Source of the DNA: Synechococcus sp.
GTDB taxonomy: Bacteria; Cyanobacteriota; Cyanobacteriia; PCC-6307; Cyanobiaceae
NCBI GenBank assembly: GCA_047285305.1
Contig: JBJBDL010000003.1
Span: forward strand, 1,888,001-1,952,000
DNA: 64,000 nucleotides
Reading direction: 5' to 3'
In this document: in pieces, positions 17,412 to 26,336 of the stretch
Numbering within the stretch: position 1 is the stretch's first letter
Layout: each line of letters begins with the position of its first letter
Made by a program: the position numbers and the translations under genes
Notes under the pieces: model-generated
Seen by the model: the letters and a program-made list of their open reading frames with translations, nothing else
The model's database searches: none
What the model was told of the DNA's origin: nothing

Positions 17412-17492
17412 ATGACCATTGCCCTGCTGATCGCGCTAGCGGGTTCCCTGGCGGCAATGGCCGTAATCGTGCGTCGTCTGGAACAGCCTTGA
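17412..17492 (+). CDS. 26-aa single-TM micro-protein coupled to the ion channel gene
   Basis: MTIALLIALAGSLAAMAVIVRRLEQP*; its TGA overlaps the channel ATG (TGATG). Confidence 0.55.
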   Translation: MTIALLIALAGSLAAMAVIVRRLEQP

Positions 17493-18565
17493 TGCGAAGG
17501 GTCCGGCGCTGGTCCGTCGTCCTCGCGCTGGCCTACTTCGGCAGCGCACTGCCCCTGCAGGCCAATCAACTGAAGGTGGGGATCAGTGGATCGGCCCCCT
17601 TCGTGATCAAGAACGGCGATCAGCTCAGCGGCATCAGCCTCAACATCTGGCGCCGCGTCGCCGAAGACAACAACCTCAGCTATGAGCTGGTGGAGCAGCC
17701 ATCCCCCAAAGCCGGGATTGAGGCGGTGGATAACGGTGAGATCGACGTGCTGGTGGGCCCGATCAGCATCACTTCACGCCGCCTGGCCATGCCGGGCATT
17801 GACTTCACCCAGCCCTACTACCTGGGCAAATCCGGGGTGTTGCTGCCGATGCGCCCGCCGTCAATCCTGAGCCGCATTCAGGTGTTCTTCGGCTGGGCGG
17901 TGATCTCCTCGGTGCTGGTGCTGCTCAGCGTTCTACTGGTCGTAGGGAGCCTGATCTGGCTGGCGGAACGCAACCGCAACAGTGAGCAGTTTCCGCAGGA
18001 CTGGCTACCGGGCATCAGCAGCGGAATGTGGTTCGCCCTGGTGACCTTGACCACGGTGGGCTACGGCGACAAGGCGCCGATCACACGAACGGGCCGGGGC
18101 ATCACCGGTGCCTGGATGGTGATCTCCCTGATCGCGGTGTCGTCCCTCACCGCCAGTCTTGCCTCGGCGTTCACCCTATTCCTATCCGGTCCCACCGAAT
18201 CGGGCATCAGCGCTCCTGCACAACTGAACGGACGTCGGGTTGCTGTGGTGATGGGCACCAGTGGCATGGAGCTGGCCCAACGAGGCGACATGCGGATCGT
18301 TAGCGCCACCAACCTAAGGAGCGCCGTTCAACTGTTGGTTGATCAGAAGGCTGATGCCTTGATCTTTGATCGACCGGCCATTCGCTACCACCTCAAAAAC
18401 AACCCCGATCTCGCCCTGCGCCTCGCCCCCTTCACCCTTTCGGAAGAGACCTACGGCTTCGTGATCAAACCGGACAGCCCATTGCGCACGCCCATGGACG
18501 TCTCCATCCTCAAATTTCAACGGCAGGGGAAGGTTGCAGCCATTGCCAACCGGCTGCTGAATTGA
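17492..18565 (+). CDS. GluR0-like ligand-gated K+ channel
   Basis: Signal peptide; split amino-acid-binding domain (APF, ISITSRR, DFTQPY, FDRPAI, YGF); two TM helices and a TTVGYGD filter. Confidence 0.9.
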   Translation: MRRVRRWSVVLALAYFGSALPLQANQLKVGISGSAPFVIKNGDQLSGISLNIWRRVAEDNNLSYELVEQPSPKAGIEAVDNGEIDVLVGPISITSRRLAMPGIDFTQPYYLGKSGVLLPMRPPSILSRIQVFFGWAVISSVLVLLSVLLVVGSLIWLAERNRNSEQFPQDWLPGISSGMWFALVTLTTVGYGDKAPITRTGRGITGAWMVISLIAVSSLTASLASAFTLFLSGPTESGISAPAQLNGRRVAVVMGTSGMELAQRGDMRIVSATNLRSAVQLLVDQKADALIFDRPAIRYHLKNNPDLALRLAPFTLSEETYGFVIKPDSPLRTPMDVSILKFQRQGKVAAIANRLLN

Positions 18566-18575
18566 CACTGAAGCC

Positions 18576-18812
18576 TCAGGCCAGAGGGCGATGACGACGC
18601 AGGGCCTCTTCCAACAGATAGGCGGCCAGATTGCCGCAACTGCGCCCTTCAGCGAGGGCATGACGCTTGAGGTCATCCATCACCCCGCGGGGCAGGGTGA
18701 CGTTGATGCGCTCGGAACCAGCCGCATCCGCCACCGCAGCCGTGCTGGGAGCCGCGGCCTGGCCTTCAATCCGCTGCTGCAACTCCTGAACCAGATCCTG
18801 AAGGAGAGACAC
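18576..18812 (-). CDS. CopG/ribbon-helix-helix transcriptional regulator
   Basis: RINVTLPRGVMDDLKRHALAEGRSCGNLAAYLL RHH pattern. Confidence 0.8.
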   Translation of the reverse strand: MSLLQDLVQELQQRIEGQAAAPSTAAVADAAGSERINVTLPRGVMDDLKRHALAEGRSCGNLAAYLLEEALRRHRPLA

Positions 18813-18897
18813 AATTTCGTGAAAATATGATCACAATATACAAACGATATCGTGCTAGACAAGATTGCGTAATCTTGGGCACATCTTTTGAGGCGCC

Positions 18898-19500
18898 ATG
18901 CAACCACTGCCGCTGAAGCTTGCTCCCGGCAGTGATCTGCGCCTCAGCCTCGAAGAACTGGCCCAGCGAGACGGCATCAGCGGCTTTGTTCTCGGCGTGG
19001 TCGGCAACCTGACCAAGGCATCCTTTCAGTGCCCCGGCCAGGCGGAGCCCACCGTGTTGGAGGGCGATCTTGAGGTAATCACCCTCAATGGAACCTTTTC
19101 CCCTCAGGGCGTGCACCTGCACCTGAGCCTCTCGGATGGGGCCTGCCAGGTGTGGGGAGGCCACCTGGAGCCCGGCACGATCGTGCAGAAGGGCGTCGAT
19201 CTGCTGATTGGCGTGCTGGAGCAACGCGAAGGCCGCCAAGCGCGTCAGACCGCAGCACCCCGGATCGAGATCGCCGTGCTGCCGGGATGCCCCTGGTGCA
19301 GCCGCGCCCTGCGCATCCTGAGAACCCTGGATCTGCCCCACAACGTCACCACCGTCAACGACGACGCAGCCTTCCAGGCCGTGCAACAGCGCAGTGGGAT
19401 GACCACCTTCCCCCAGGTGTTCATCGACGAATCAGTGATTGGTGGCTACGACGATCTCGCCGCCATGCAAGCCGCTGGTGAACTCGACGCCCTCCGCTGA
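18898..19500 (+). CDS. PPC (DUF296) domain fused to glutaredoxin
   Basis: LAPGSDL, EVITLNGT, HLHLSL and GGHL; C-terminal CPWC...TFPQVFI..IGGYDD. Confidence 0.88.
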   Translation: MQPLPLKLAPGSDLRLSLEELAQRDGISGFVLGVVGNLTKASFQCPGQAEPTVLEGDLEVITLNGTFSPQGVHLHLSLSDGACQVWGGHLEPGTIVQKGVDLLIGVLEQREGRQARQTAAPRIEIAVLPGCPWCSRALRILRTLDLPHNVTTVNDDAAFQAVQQRSGMTTFPQVFIDESVIGGYDDLAAMQAAGELDALR

Positions 19501-19708
19501 TCAGCCACCTTTCTGGTCACTGAAACCCTGGTGGTGCCAGCCCTGGTCCATCATTTCCACGGGCGTGCTGATCGTCGGCGGGTCCTGGGCGCTGCTGCAC
19601 CGGCCCTGGATCAGCATTCCCCTGGCCATGGGCGTGCTGACCTGGTGGCTGCTGTTTCTGGTGCTCGTGCCCGCCGCCTACCGGTCGGCAGCGGAACCGA
19701 ATCCATGA
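19481..19708 (+). CDS. Small membrane protein (DUF6737-like)
   Basis: FWSLKPWWCQPWSIISTG motif, two TM helices; GTG start approximate. Confidence 0.7.
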   Translation, partial: NSTPSADQPPFWSLKPWWCQPWSIISTGVLIVGGSWALLHRPWISIPLAMGVLTWWLLFLVLVPAAYRSAAEPNP

Positions 19709-19748
19709 CATCCTCGCCCTTTCTCCGCATGGATCCGCGGTCGATCGA

Positions 19749-20132
19749 TCATCCCGCCGCCAACTTGATGTCCCGCAAACGGGCATCAATCGATGCGAGG
19801 AGTTGCACTGCAAACATCGGCGTCTCCTGAACCGCAAACAGGAACTTGTCGCGGTTCATGGCAATCAAACGGCAATCACTGGTGGCCGTGGCGGTGCTCA
19901 GACGCTGATGGTCTTCCATCACCAAAGCCCCCGCGCCGAACACATGACCCACAGGGATGTCTTCATGTCCCTCATGGCCTGCTGAATCGATCCAGGTGAG
20001 CCGCACAGATCCCTCCAGCAGGCCAAACATGCAGGTGCCGGTTTCGCCCGTACGAAACAGCACGTCACGCTGCTTGAGATGAATGACTTCGGCCTTGCTG
20101 GCCAAAGCACGCATGGTGTCGAGCGCATGCAT
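19749..20132 (-). CDS. Stand-alone cyclic-nucleotide-binding domain protein
   Basis: LFRTGE, LEGSV, GHVFGAGAL and RLSTATATSDC; no HTH. Confidence 0.85.
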   Translation of the reverse strand: MHALDTMRALASKAEVIHLKQRDVLFRTGETGTCMFGLLEGSVRLTWIDSAGHEGHEDIPVGHVFGAGALVMEDHQRLSTATATSDCRLIAMNRDKFLFAVQETPMFAVQLLASIDARLRDIKLAAG

Positions 20133-20146
20133 GGAACCAGGGTGAC

Positions 20147-21319
20147 TCAGACAGAGGTCAGAGTCAGAGCTGCGCCAAAGCCTTGGCGCATATCCTCCTG
20201 AGAGATCAGGCCGTCGTGGTCCTGATCGAGAGCATCAAAGATGGCATCACTGCCGAGCCATTCATCACGGGTGATCGAGCCATCGCCGTTCATGTCGTTG
20301 AGCATGAAGATCTCGGAAACGGCATGGCGAAAGGCGGATCCACCCTCCAGTTCAGCCAGACGATGAGCCAGTTGATGCTCCAGCGTTTCAATGGCTTTGC
20401 TGAAGCCCTTAATGCCCTCGGTGAGTTTGTCGCTGGCCATCCGATCGTCCTGCATCAGTGCATCAAAGGTGGCGCGATCCACGTGGATCTTGGCTTCGCC
20501 ATTATTGGAATGGGTGGCATTCAATTTCTGGGTCAGCACAGCATCAGTCTCACGGAGCTGATCCAACAACTTCGGTGAAATCGTAAGCAGATCGCAACCG
20601 GCCAACTCTTTGATCTCATCGATGTTGCGGAAGCTCGCCCCCATCACCTCCGTGCCGTAGCCGTGAGCCTTGTAGTACTTGAAAATCTTGGTCACTGAAA
20701 TCACACCCGGGTCCTCAGGTCCGGGGTATGAGTCGCGGCCGGTTTCAGCCTTGTACCAATCCAGGATGCGCCCCACGAAGGGGGAGATCAGAGTGACGCC
20801 TGCTTCAGCACAGGCAACTGCCTGACCGAAACCAAAGAGCAGAGTGAGGTTGCAGTGAATCCCCTCTTTCTCCAGCACCTCGGCGGCTTTTATGCCTTCC
20901 CAGGTGGAGGCGATTTTGATCAGAACGCGATCGTTGCTGATGCCGGCATCGTTGTACAGACGAATCAGCTTGCGCCCTTTTTCAATCGTGGCGTCGGTGT
21001 CAAAACTCAAACGAGCATCCACCTCAGTTGACACACGACGCGGAACAATCTTGAGGATCTCCTTGCCGAAGATCACACTGATCTCATCGAGAGCTTCCCG
21101 CACCACGTCTTCCACCGCTGCGTCGCTGCCCAACAACTTGCGCGATGACCGCAAAGCCTCATCAATCAGGCTCTGATAGGCCGGAATCTGTGCAGCAGCC
21201 AGGATCAACGACGGGTTGGTGGTGGCATCCCGAGGGGTGAACTTGCGGATCGCCTCCAGATCACCCGTGTCGGCAACGACCACGGTCATTTGTGAAAGCT
21301 GATCGAGCAGGCTTGCCAT
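20147..21319 (-). CDS. tal: Transaldolase with C-terminal EF-hands
   Basis: [26 protein letters not shown] and [10 protein letters not shown] loops [12 protein letters not shown] and [12 protein letters not shown]. Confidence 0.97.
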   Translation of the reverse strand: MASLLDQLSQMTVVVADTGDLEAIRKFTPRDATTNPSLILAAAQIPAYQSLIDEALRSSRKLLGSDAAVEDVVREALDEISVIFGKEILKIVPRRVSTEVDARLSFDTDATIEKGRKLIRLYNDAGISNDRVLIKIASTWEGIKAAEVLEKEGIHCNLTLLFGFGQAVACAEAGVTLISPFVGRILDWYKAETGRDSYPGPEDPGVISVTKIFKYYKAHGYGTEVMGASFRNIDEIKELAGCDLLTISPKLLDQLRETDAVLTQKLNATHSNNGEAKIHVDRATFDALMQDDRMASDKLTEGIKGFSKAIETLEHQLAHRLAELEGGSAFRHAVSEIFMLNDMNGDGSITRDEWLGSDAIFDALDQDHDGLISQEDMRQGFGAALTLTSV

Positions 21320-21367
21320 GATGTACGACGGCTCAATACCCGTAACGTAGCCGCGCTTTTTGATGCG

Positions 21368-23173
21368 TCAGCTGTTCAAAAGCTTGTTCAATTCAGCAGG
21401 TTTTGAGGGGGCGATGCGCTCCACAACCAGCAAGGCATCAATGATCTGTTTGGCGACTGGAACAGCCACGGTGGAGCCATAGGCGTGTTCACCTTGGGGC
21501 TCATCCACCACCACAAACACCACGTAACGGGGATCCTCAATCGGCAAGGTCGCCACAAAGCTGCAGATCTTTGCTCCTGGTAGATAGATCCCATTCAGGG
21601 CCTTCTGCGCCGTTCCTGTTTTGCCACCAATTCGGTAGCCGGGTGTTTTCACACCCTTGCCACTGCCCTGATCCACCACAGATTCCATCCACTGGAGCAC
21701 AGTGCGCGTGACCTTCGGGTTCAGTAACCGCTGACCACTGGGTGACGCCGCCGGAGCCAAGGCATCACCCGAGCGAAAGCCACGGGTGATGTGGGGACTG
21801 ATCAACTTGCCACCGTTGGCCAGCATCCCGTGCAGCTGCACCAGCTTGAGCGGTGTGAGCGAAAACCCCTGACCAAAGGCCGTCGTCGCAGGCTCGATCG
21901 GCTGACTAGTGAACTGCTTCTTGCTCTTGAGCTGACCAGCCACAGCTCCAGGGAGGTCGGTGTCGGGACGCTGATTGATACCGAGACGCTCCATCCAGTT
22001 CCAGTAGGCGTCGTCGTCAAGACGGCGCATGGCCTGGACCATGCCAACGTTGCTTGACACCTGGAGCACGGTGGCGAAATCCACCAAACCATGGGCTTTT
22101 TTGTCGTGGTTGTTGATCGGCCAACCACCGACCATCAGCTTGCCCACATCATTGACCCGATCTGTGGCCCGAATGGCGCCATCCTGGAGGGCCAGAGCCA
22201 GGTTGATCGGCTTGAACGTCGAGCCTGGTTCATAGAGATCCTGAACGGACCATTCACGAAACCGCCCCGCGGGGAAGTCCCAGTAACGGTTGGGGTCATA
22301 GGTGGGTGTCGATGCCAGCACCAACAATTCACCGTTGGTGGCATCCATCACGATTGCGGCGCCCTTCTGGGCTTTCCACTTGCCAACCTGCTCAGCAAGA
22401 GCTTTGAGTGCCACCTGCTGGAGCCTGGAATCCAACGTGAGCTGCAGGCGCAAATCATCGCCATAGAAGGCTCCCGGGGCGAGGTTGGCCGGTAATGGCG
22501 TTCCATCAGCGCCGCGACGGAGGTATCGGGTTTGCTCATGGCGAGCCAGATCCGCATCACGGCTCTGCTCCAGACCCGCTTGAGGTTGTCGCTCCGCATT
22601 GAGAAAGCCCACCACGTTGGCGAACAACGACGCCTGGGGGTACACCCGCTGGGGATAGGCCTCCAGATCCAGGCCGCTGATTCCAAGGGCCCGGATGCGA
22701 TCGGCCGTTTCCGGATCCAGCTCCTCAGCCAATTTGATCCCCGAGACCTGGGTTCCCATGGCCTTCAGCAGCGCAGGCGCAGGACGAGCCAAGGGATCGG
22801 CCAACACCGCCGCCACATCTTCAACAGGGCGAACGACGTTAGGGGCATCTCCCGGCATGTTGAAGTACCGGGGATGAGCCCAGAGCCGGAAACGCTTTTC
22901 ATCCATCGCGACCAAACGGCCGGTGCGATCGACGATCGGACGGCGTTGCCCCAAGGGTTGGGTGCGCTGGGTTTGCAGCTGACGGGCACGCTGCTCCAGG
23001 TCGGGGGCTTGCACCAACTGCAGCCAGGCCATGCGACCCACCAGCCCCAGCAAGCCTGCCGCCAGGATCCAGAAGATGATCCAAAGCCGCTTGGGGGGAA
23101 CCTGGGTCAGGGGAACGACCCGCGCGCGGGAGCGGCGCGAACGGATGGGTCGACGCCTTGACACCCGCGCCAT
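21368..23173 (-). CDS. ftsI: Class B penicillin-binding protein (FtsI)
   Basis: EPGSTFK (SxxK), SSN and KTG motifs; N-terminal TM. Confidence 0.93.
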   Translation of the reverse strand: MARVSRRRPIRSRRSRARVVPLTQVPPKRLWIIFWILAAGLLGLVGRMAWLQLVQAPDLEQRARQLQTQRTQPLGQRRPIVDRTGRLVAMDEKRFRLWAHPRYFNMPGDAPNVVRPVEDVAAVLADPLARPAPALLKAMGTQVSGIKLAEELDPETADRIRALGISGLDLEAYPQRVYPQASLFANVVGFLNAERQPQAGLEQSRDADLARHEQTRYLRRGADGTPLPANLAPGAFYGDDLRLQLTLDSRLQQVALKALAEQVGKWKAQKGAAIVMDATNGELLVLASTPTYDPNRYWDFPAGRFREWSVQDLYEPGSTFKPINLALALQDGAIRATDRVNDVGKLMVGGWPINNHDKKAHGLVDFATVLQVSSNVGMVQAMRRLDDDAYWNWMERLGINQRPDTDLPGAVAGQLKSKKQFTSQPIEPATTAFGQGFSLTPLKLVQLHGMLANGGKLISPHITRGFRSGDALAPAASPSGQRLLNPKVTRTVLQWMESVVDQGSGKGVKTPGYRIGGKTGTAQKALNGIYLPGAKICSFVATLPIEDPRYVVFVVVDEPQGEHAYGSTVAVPVAKQIIDALLVVERIAPSKPAELNKLLNS

Positions 23174-23610
23174 CAGTACCCCGCCCGGATGGGCTGATTC
23201 CCAAGGGCCTGGAGCGATGCCATGGGAGAGGAGGCGGAGGCCTGCAACGAGCCCAGATCAGGGCGATCAAGATGCACCAGATTGGCCACCTGCGTTGGCA
23301 CCAGGCGGTTGGGCTGCTGAGAACGCAGCAACAGATGCTGTTCCATCACAGCGGTTGATTCCGTCAACCGGTGAGCCTGGGTGCGGGTTGCCTCCAGGAG
23401 GCGGAAGGCCACAGTCCAGCGATGCTGCCAATGCAGCGTGAGACCAGCCAGAACGGCAACTGCCGCAATCAAACCCAGCAGAGTGCCGTCCATCAAGCGA
23501 TGGAGCCCCCCAAGGAGAGGGGAGCGTCGTGCAATACGTCCGGAGGACAGTGACCCTTGAATCAGCTCGAAAGCCGTGGTCGATGCACGCTGTTCCGGAG
23601 CGGCAACCAC
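23173..23610 (-). CDS. Bitopic membrane protein upstream of ftsI (FtsL-like position)
   Basis: One TM helix then a heptad-like segment; stop overlaps the ftsI start. Confidence 0.6.
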   Translation of the reverse strand: MVAAPEQRASTTAFELIQGSLSSGRIARRSPLLGGLHRLMDGTLLGLIAAVAVLAGLTLHWQHRWTVAFRLLEATRTQAHRLTESTAVMEQHLLLRSQQPNRLVPTQVANLVHLDRPDLGSLQASASSPMASLQALGNQPIRAGY

Positions 23611-23664
23611 CGGTATCACGGGCGAATAGGCCAGTGAACCACCTGCAGAAAGGCGGGGCAAGGT

Positions 23665-24927
23665 TCAGAGCAGCAGCAGGTTCAGGAACGTCACGGCATT
23701 CCAGAGCCCATGCATCAGCACCGAGGGCCACAGGCGTCCGCTGCGCAGCCGCACTAAACCAAGCCCAACCCCCAACACCGTCAGCGGCGCCAACTCGCCA
23801 ACACTGATGTGAGCCATGGCAAACAACAGGCCACTGAGCAAGACCCCCGGGAGGGGCCCGAGTCGGGTCGCCAACACCGGCAGCAAAGCACCGCGGAAAA
23901 TCGTCTCCTCGAACAGCGGGGCCAGCACAACCGCAGTGAGAGCAAGCAAGGCCAGGGCAAGCGGATCACGGCTTCCGAGCACCAACTCCAACAGCGGATT
24001 GCTGCCCCCGGGATCACCGACCAGGCGCACGAGCAACCACCCCGTAAGCATCACCACCGGCGTCACCATCAACCAGCCCGCCAGTGCATCCCTCAGAGCT
24101 GAAAGCAGCGGACGCACGCGCCACTGCATCCATCCCCCAGGGGGTGCACTCTCCCTGGACAACGAACGGAGTTGCCGCCAAAGGATCAGCAGGCTCGGCA
24201 GGGCCATCACGCCGTAGTTGATCACCACACTCACGGCTTCACGACGAGGGCTGCCCAGCCCCGACGTCAGTGCACCCACCAACGGAATCGCCACCAGCGG
24301 TACGCCAACAGCACTGATCACCACAAAGCCACCGGCCACCAGCAGGGCCATATCAACCAGGGTCAGCTCCGGCCCCTGAACATCGGGCCAGGCCATCAGC
24401 TGACCTCGCAGCAGGCGCCAGGCCTGAACGAGCAGCAACAGTCCACCGAGCAGGGCCGTCACCAAGGGCAGCACCGTGCTGAGGGCCAAACGGAACGCCG
24501 CTTGGCCCGCGGCTGCAGCATCGACGCAGAGCATCGGATCAGAGGCACCCGCTTCGCAATGCAGCTGCTGGAGCAATGGGTCGTCGTCTTGGCGTTCTAG
24601 CTCCGCTGATGCGGAACCTTGGCCCTGCAACAACAGGAGCATCTGTTGCTGTCGCTCATTGCGCTCCTCTTTGCTGATTCCCTCCAGGGCCTTGAGCAGC
24701 GCATCCCGCGGCGACTCTCCCAGGAAAGCGTCCTGCAACGGGGGCGGCACCGCTGTTTCAGCAAGAAGCGTCAGCTCCTGCTGCTGAAGGCTCAGGGCCG
24801 GTGCCACTGAAGGTCGCGAGAGGCTGTCCATCAAGCCCGACAACCAGATGAAACCGGCCAAAGCCAGGGACAAGGCCGCCAGAAGTCCCTTCCTGCGCGG
24901 GGAAACCGGGTATGGGGAACTGGGCAC
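23665..24927 (-). CDS. CPBP (CAAX/Abi) family intramembrane metalloprotease
   Basis: EETIFRG, FAMAH and HGLWN motifs. Confidence 0.9.
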   Translation of the reverse strand: MPSSPYPVSPRRKGLLAALSLALAGFIWLSGLMDSLSRPSVAPALSLQQQELTLLAETAVPPPLQDAFLGESPRDALLKALEGISKEERNERQQQMLLLLQGQGSASAELERQDDDPLLQQLHCEAGASDPMLCVDAAAAGQAAFRLALSTVLPLVTALLGGLLLLVQAWRLLRGQLMAWPDVQGPELTLVDMALLVAGGFVVISAVGVPLVAIPLVGALTSGLGSPRREAVSVVINYGVMALPSLLILWRQLRSLSRESAPPGGWMQWRVRPLLSALRDALAGWLMVTPVVMLTGWLLVRLVGDPGGSNPLLELVLGSRDPLALALLALTAVVLAPLFEETIFRGALLPVLATRLGPLPGVLLSGLLFAMAHISVGELAPLTVLGVGLGLVRLRSGRLWPSVLMHGLWNAVTFLNLLLL

Positions 24928-25003
24928 CAGCGGGCTTCAACTGCCCACGATTGTCCCCCCGAAGGGCCGCTTCCATACGATGGCCGCGCCCTGACGCTGA
25001 ACC

Positions 25004-26332
25004 GTGCCCCTTCGTCTTCTTCTGGTCCGCCACGGTCTCAGCAGTTTCAACAAGGAACGGCGGATCCAGGGCCGCGATGATCTCTCGAACCTCAGCGAGG
25101 AGGGGCATGAGCAAGCCCGGGCCCTGGGACGCTCGCTTCAGGACGTGAGCATCCAAGCCATCTACAGCTCTCCTTTGCAGCGGGCGGCCGCGACGACGGC
25201 GAGCCTGCTGGAGACCCAAGGCGGCCAGACACCAGATCCCGTCTTCGATGACGGACTGCTGGAAGTGGATCTTGAGCCCTGGTCCGGCCAGACCATCGAC
25301 GAGCTGATGCAAGCCTCAACAGAGGCCTACAAGATCTGGAAGCAGCGGCCCATGGAGCTGGAGCTCCAGCGTCTTGATGGTTCGAGCTACAAGCCACTGC
25401 CCGAGCTGATGGGACAGGCGCGTGGCTTCATCAGCAAGCTATTGGAGCGCCATCCCGCCAACGGTAACGACACGGTGCTGATCGTGGCCCACAACGCCAT
25501 CCTGCGCTGCCTCATGCTGGTGTTACTTGAGGAACCCGACAACGGCTTCCGGCGTCTCCGCGTCGACAACACCTCCCTTTCGGTCTTCAACATCCGGCCA
25601 GGAGAAAACGGCCCACAGGTGCAGATCGAATGCCTGAACAGCACCACGCACCTGCAACCGCTGCCGGAGAAGGGCAAAAACGCCAGGCTGATTTTGGTGC
25701 GACACGGCGAAACCGACTGGAACAAAGCCGGGCGCTTCCAAGGGAAGATAGATATTCCGCTGAATGAGAACGGTCGCCGTCAAGCCGCGGCTGCCCGCGA
25801 TTTCCTCAAAGACATCCCCATCGATCGAGCCTGGAGCAGCACGCTGTCGCGTCCAACCGAAACGGCCCAGATCATTCTCGAGGCGCATCCCGATGTACCC
25901 CTGACCCAGATCGACGGACTGGTGGAGATCGGACACGGCGTCTGGGAAGGCAAGCTCGAATCCGAAATCAGAGAGGACTGGTCGGAGCTGCTGGACACCT
26001 GGAAACGGGCTCCGGAAACCGTGCAGATGCCCGAGGGGGAAACCATCCAGGACGTGTGGGCACGTTCCGTCCGAAGCTGGGGAGAGATCGCTGACGAGCT
26101 GAAGTCTGAGGAAACGGTCCTGGTGGTAGCCCACGACGCCGTCAACAAAACGATCCTCTGCGATCTGTTGGGGCTGACCCCGGCCGACATCTGGGCCGTC
26201 AAACAAGGCAACGGTGGTGTCACGGTGGTCGACATCGCCGCCAATCCAGGCCAGCCTGCAGTTGTGACCTGCCTCAACCTCACCTCCCATTTCGGAAGCG
26301 TGATCGACCGCACGGCAGCAGGTGCTCTCTGA
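25004..26332 (+). CDS. Tandem histidine-phosphatase (phosphoglycerate-mutase family) protein
   Basis: Two RHG domains (LVRHGLS, LVRHGET) with VAH motifs. Confidence 0.9.
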   Translation: MPLRLLLVRHGLSSFNKERRIQGRDDLSNLSEEGHEQARALGRSLQDVSIQAIYSSPLQRAAATTASLLETQGGQTPDPVFDDGLLEVDLEPWSGQTIDELMQASTEAYKIWKQRPMELELQRLDGSSYKPLPELMGQARGFISKLLERHPANGNDTVLIVAHNAILRCLMLVLLEEPDNGFRRLRVDNTSLSVFNIRPGENGPQVQIECLNSTTHLQPLPEKGKNARLILVRHGETDWNKAGRFQGKIDIPLNENGRRQAAAARDFLKDIPIDRAWSSTLSRPTETAQIILEAHPDVPLTQIDGLVEIGHGVWEGKLESEIREDWSELLDTWKRAPETVQMPEGETIQDVWARSVRSWGEIADELKSEETVLVVAHDAVNKTILCDLLGLTPADIWAVKQGNGGVTVVDIAANPGQPAVVTCLNLTSHFGSVIDRTAAGAL

Positions 26333-26336
26333 CGTC

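Noticed and set aside
18819..18835. CRP site near the cNMP-domain gene
   Set aside because: Half-sites are 8 nt apart rather than 6, and the nearby cNMP protein has no DNA-binding domain; kept only as a generic palindrome
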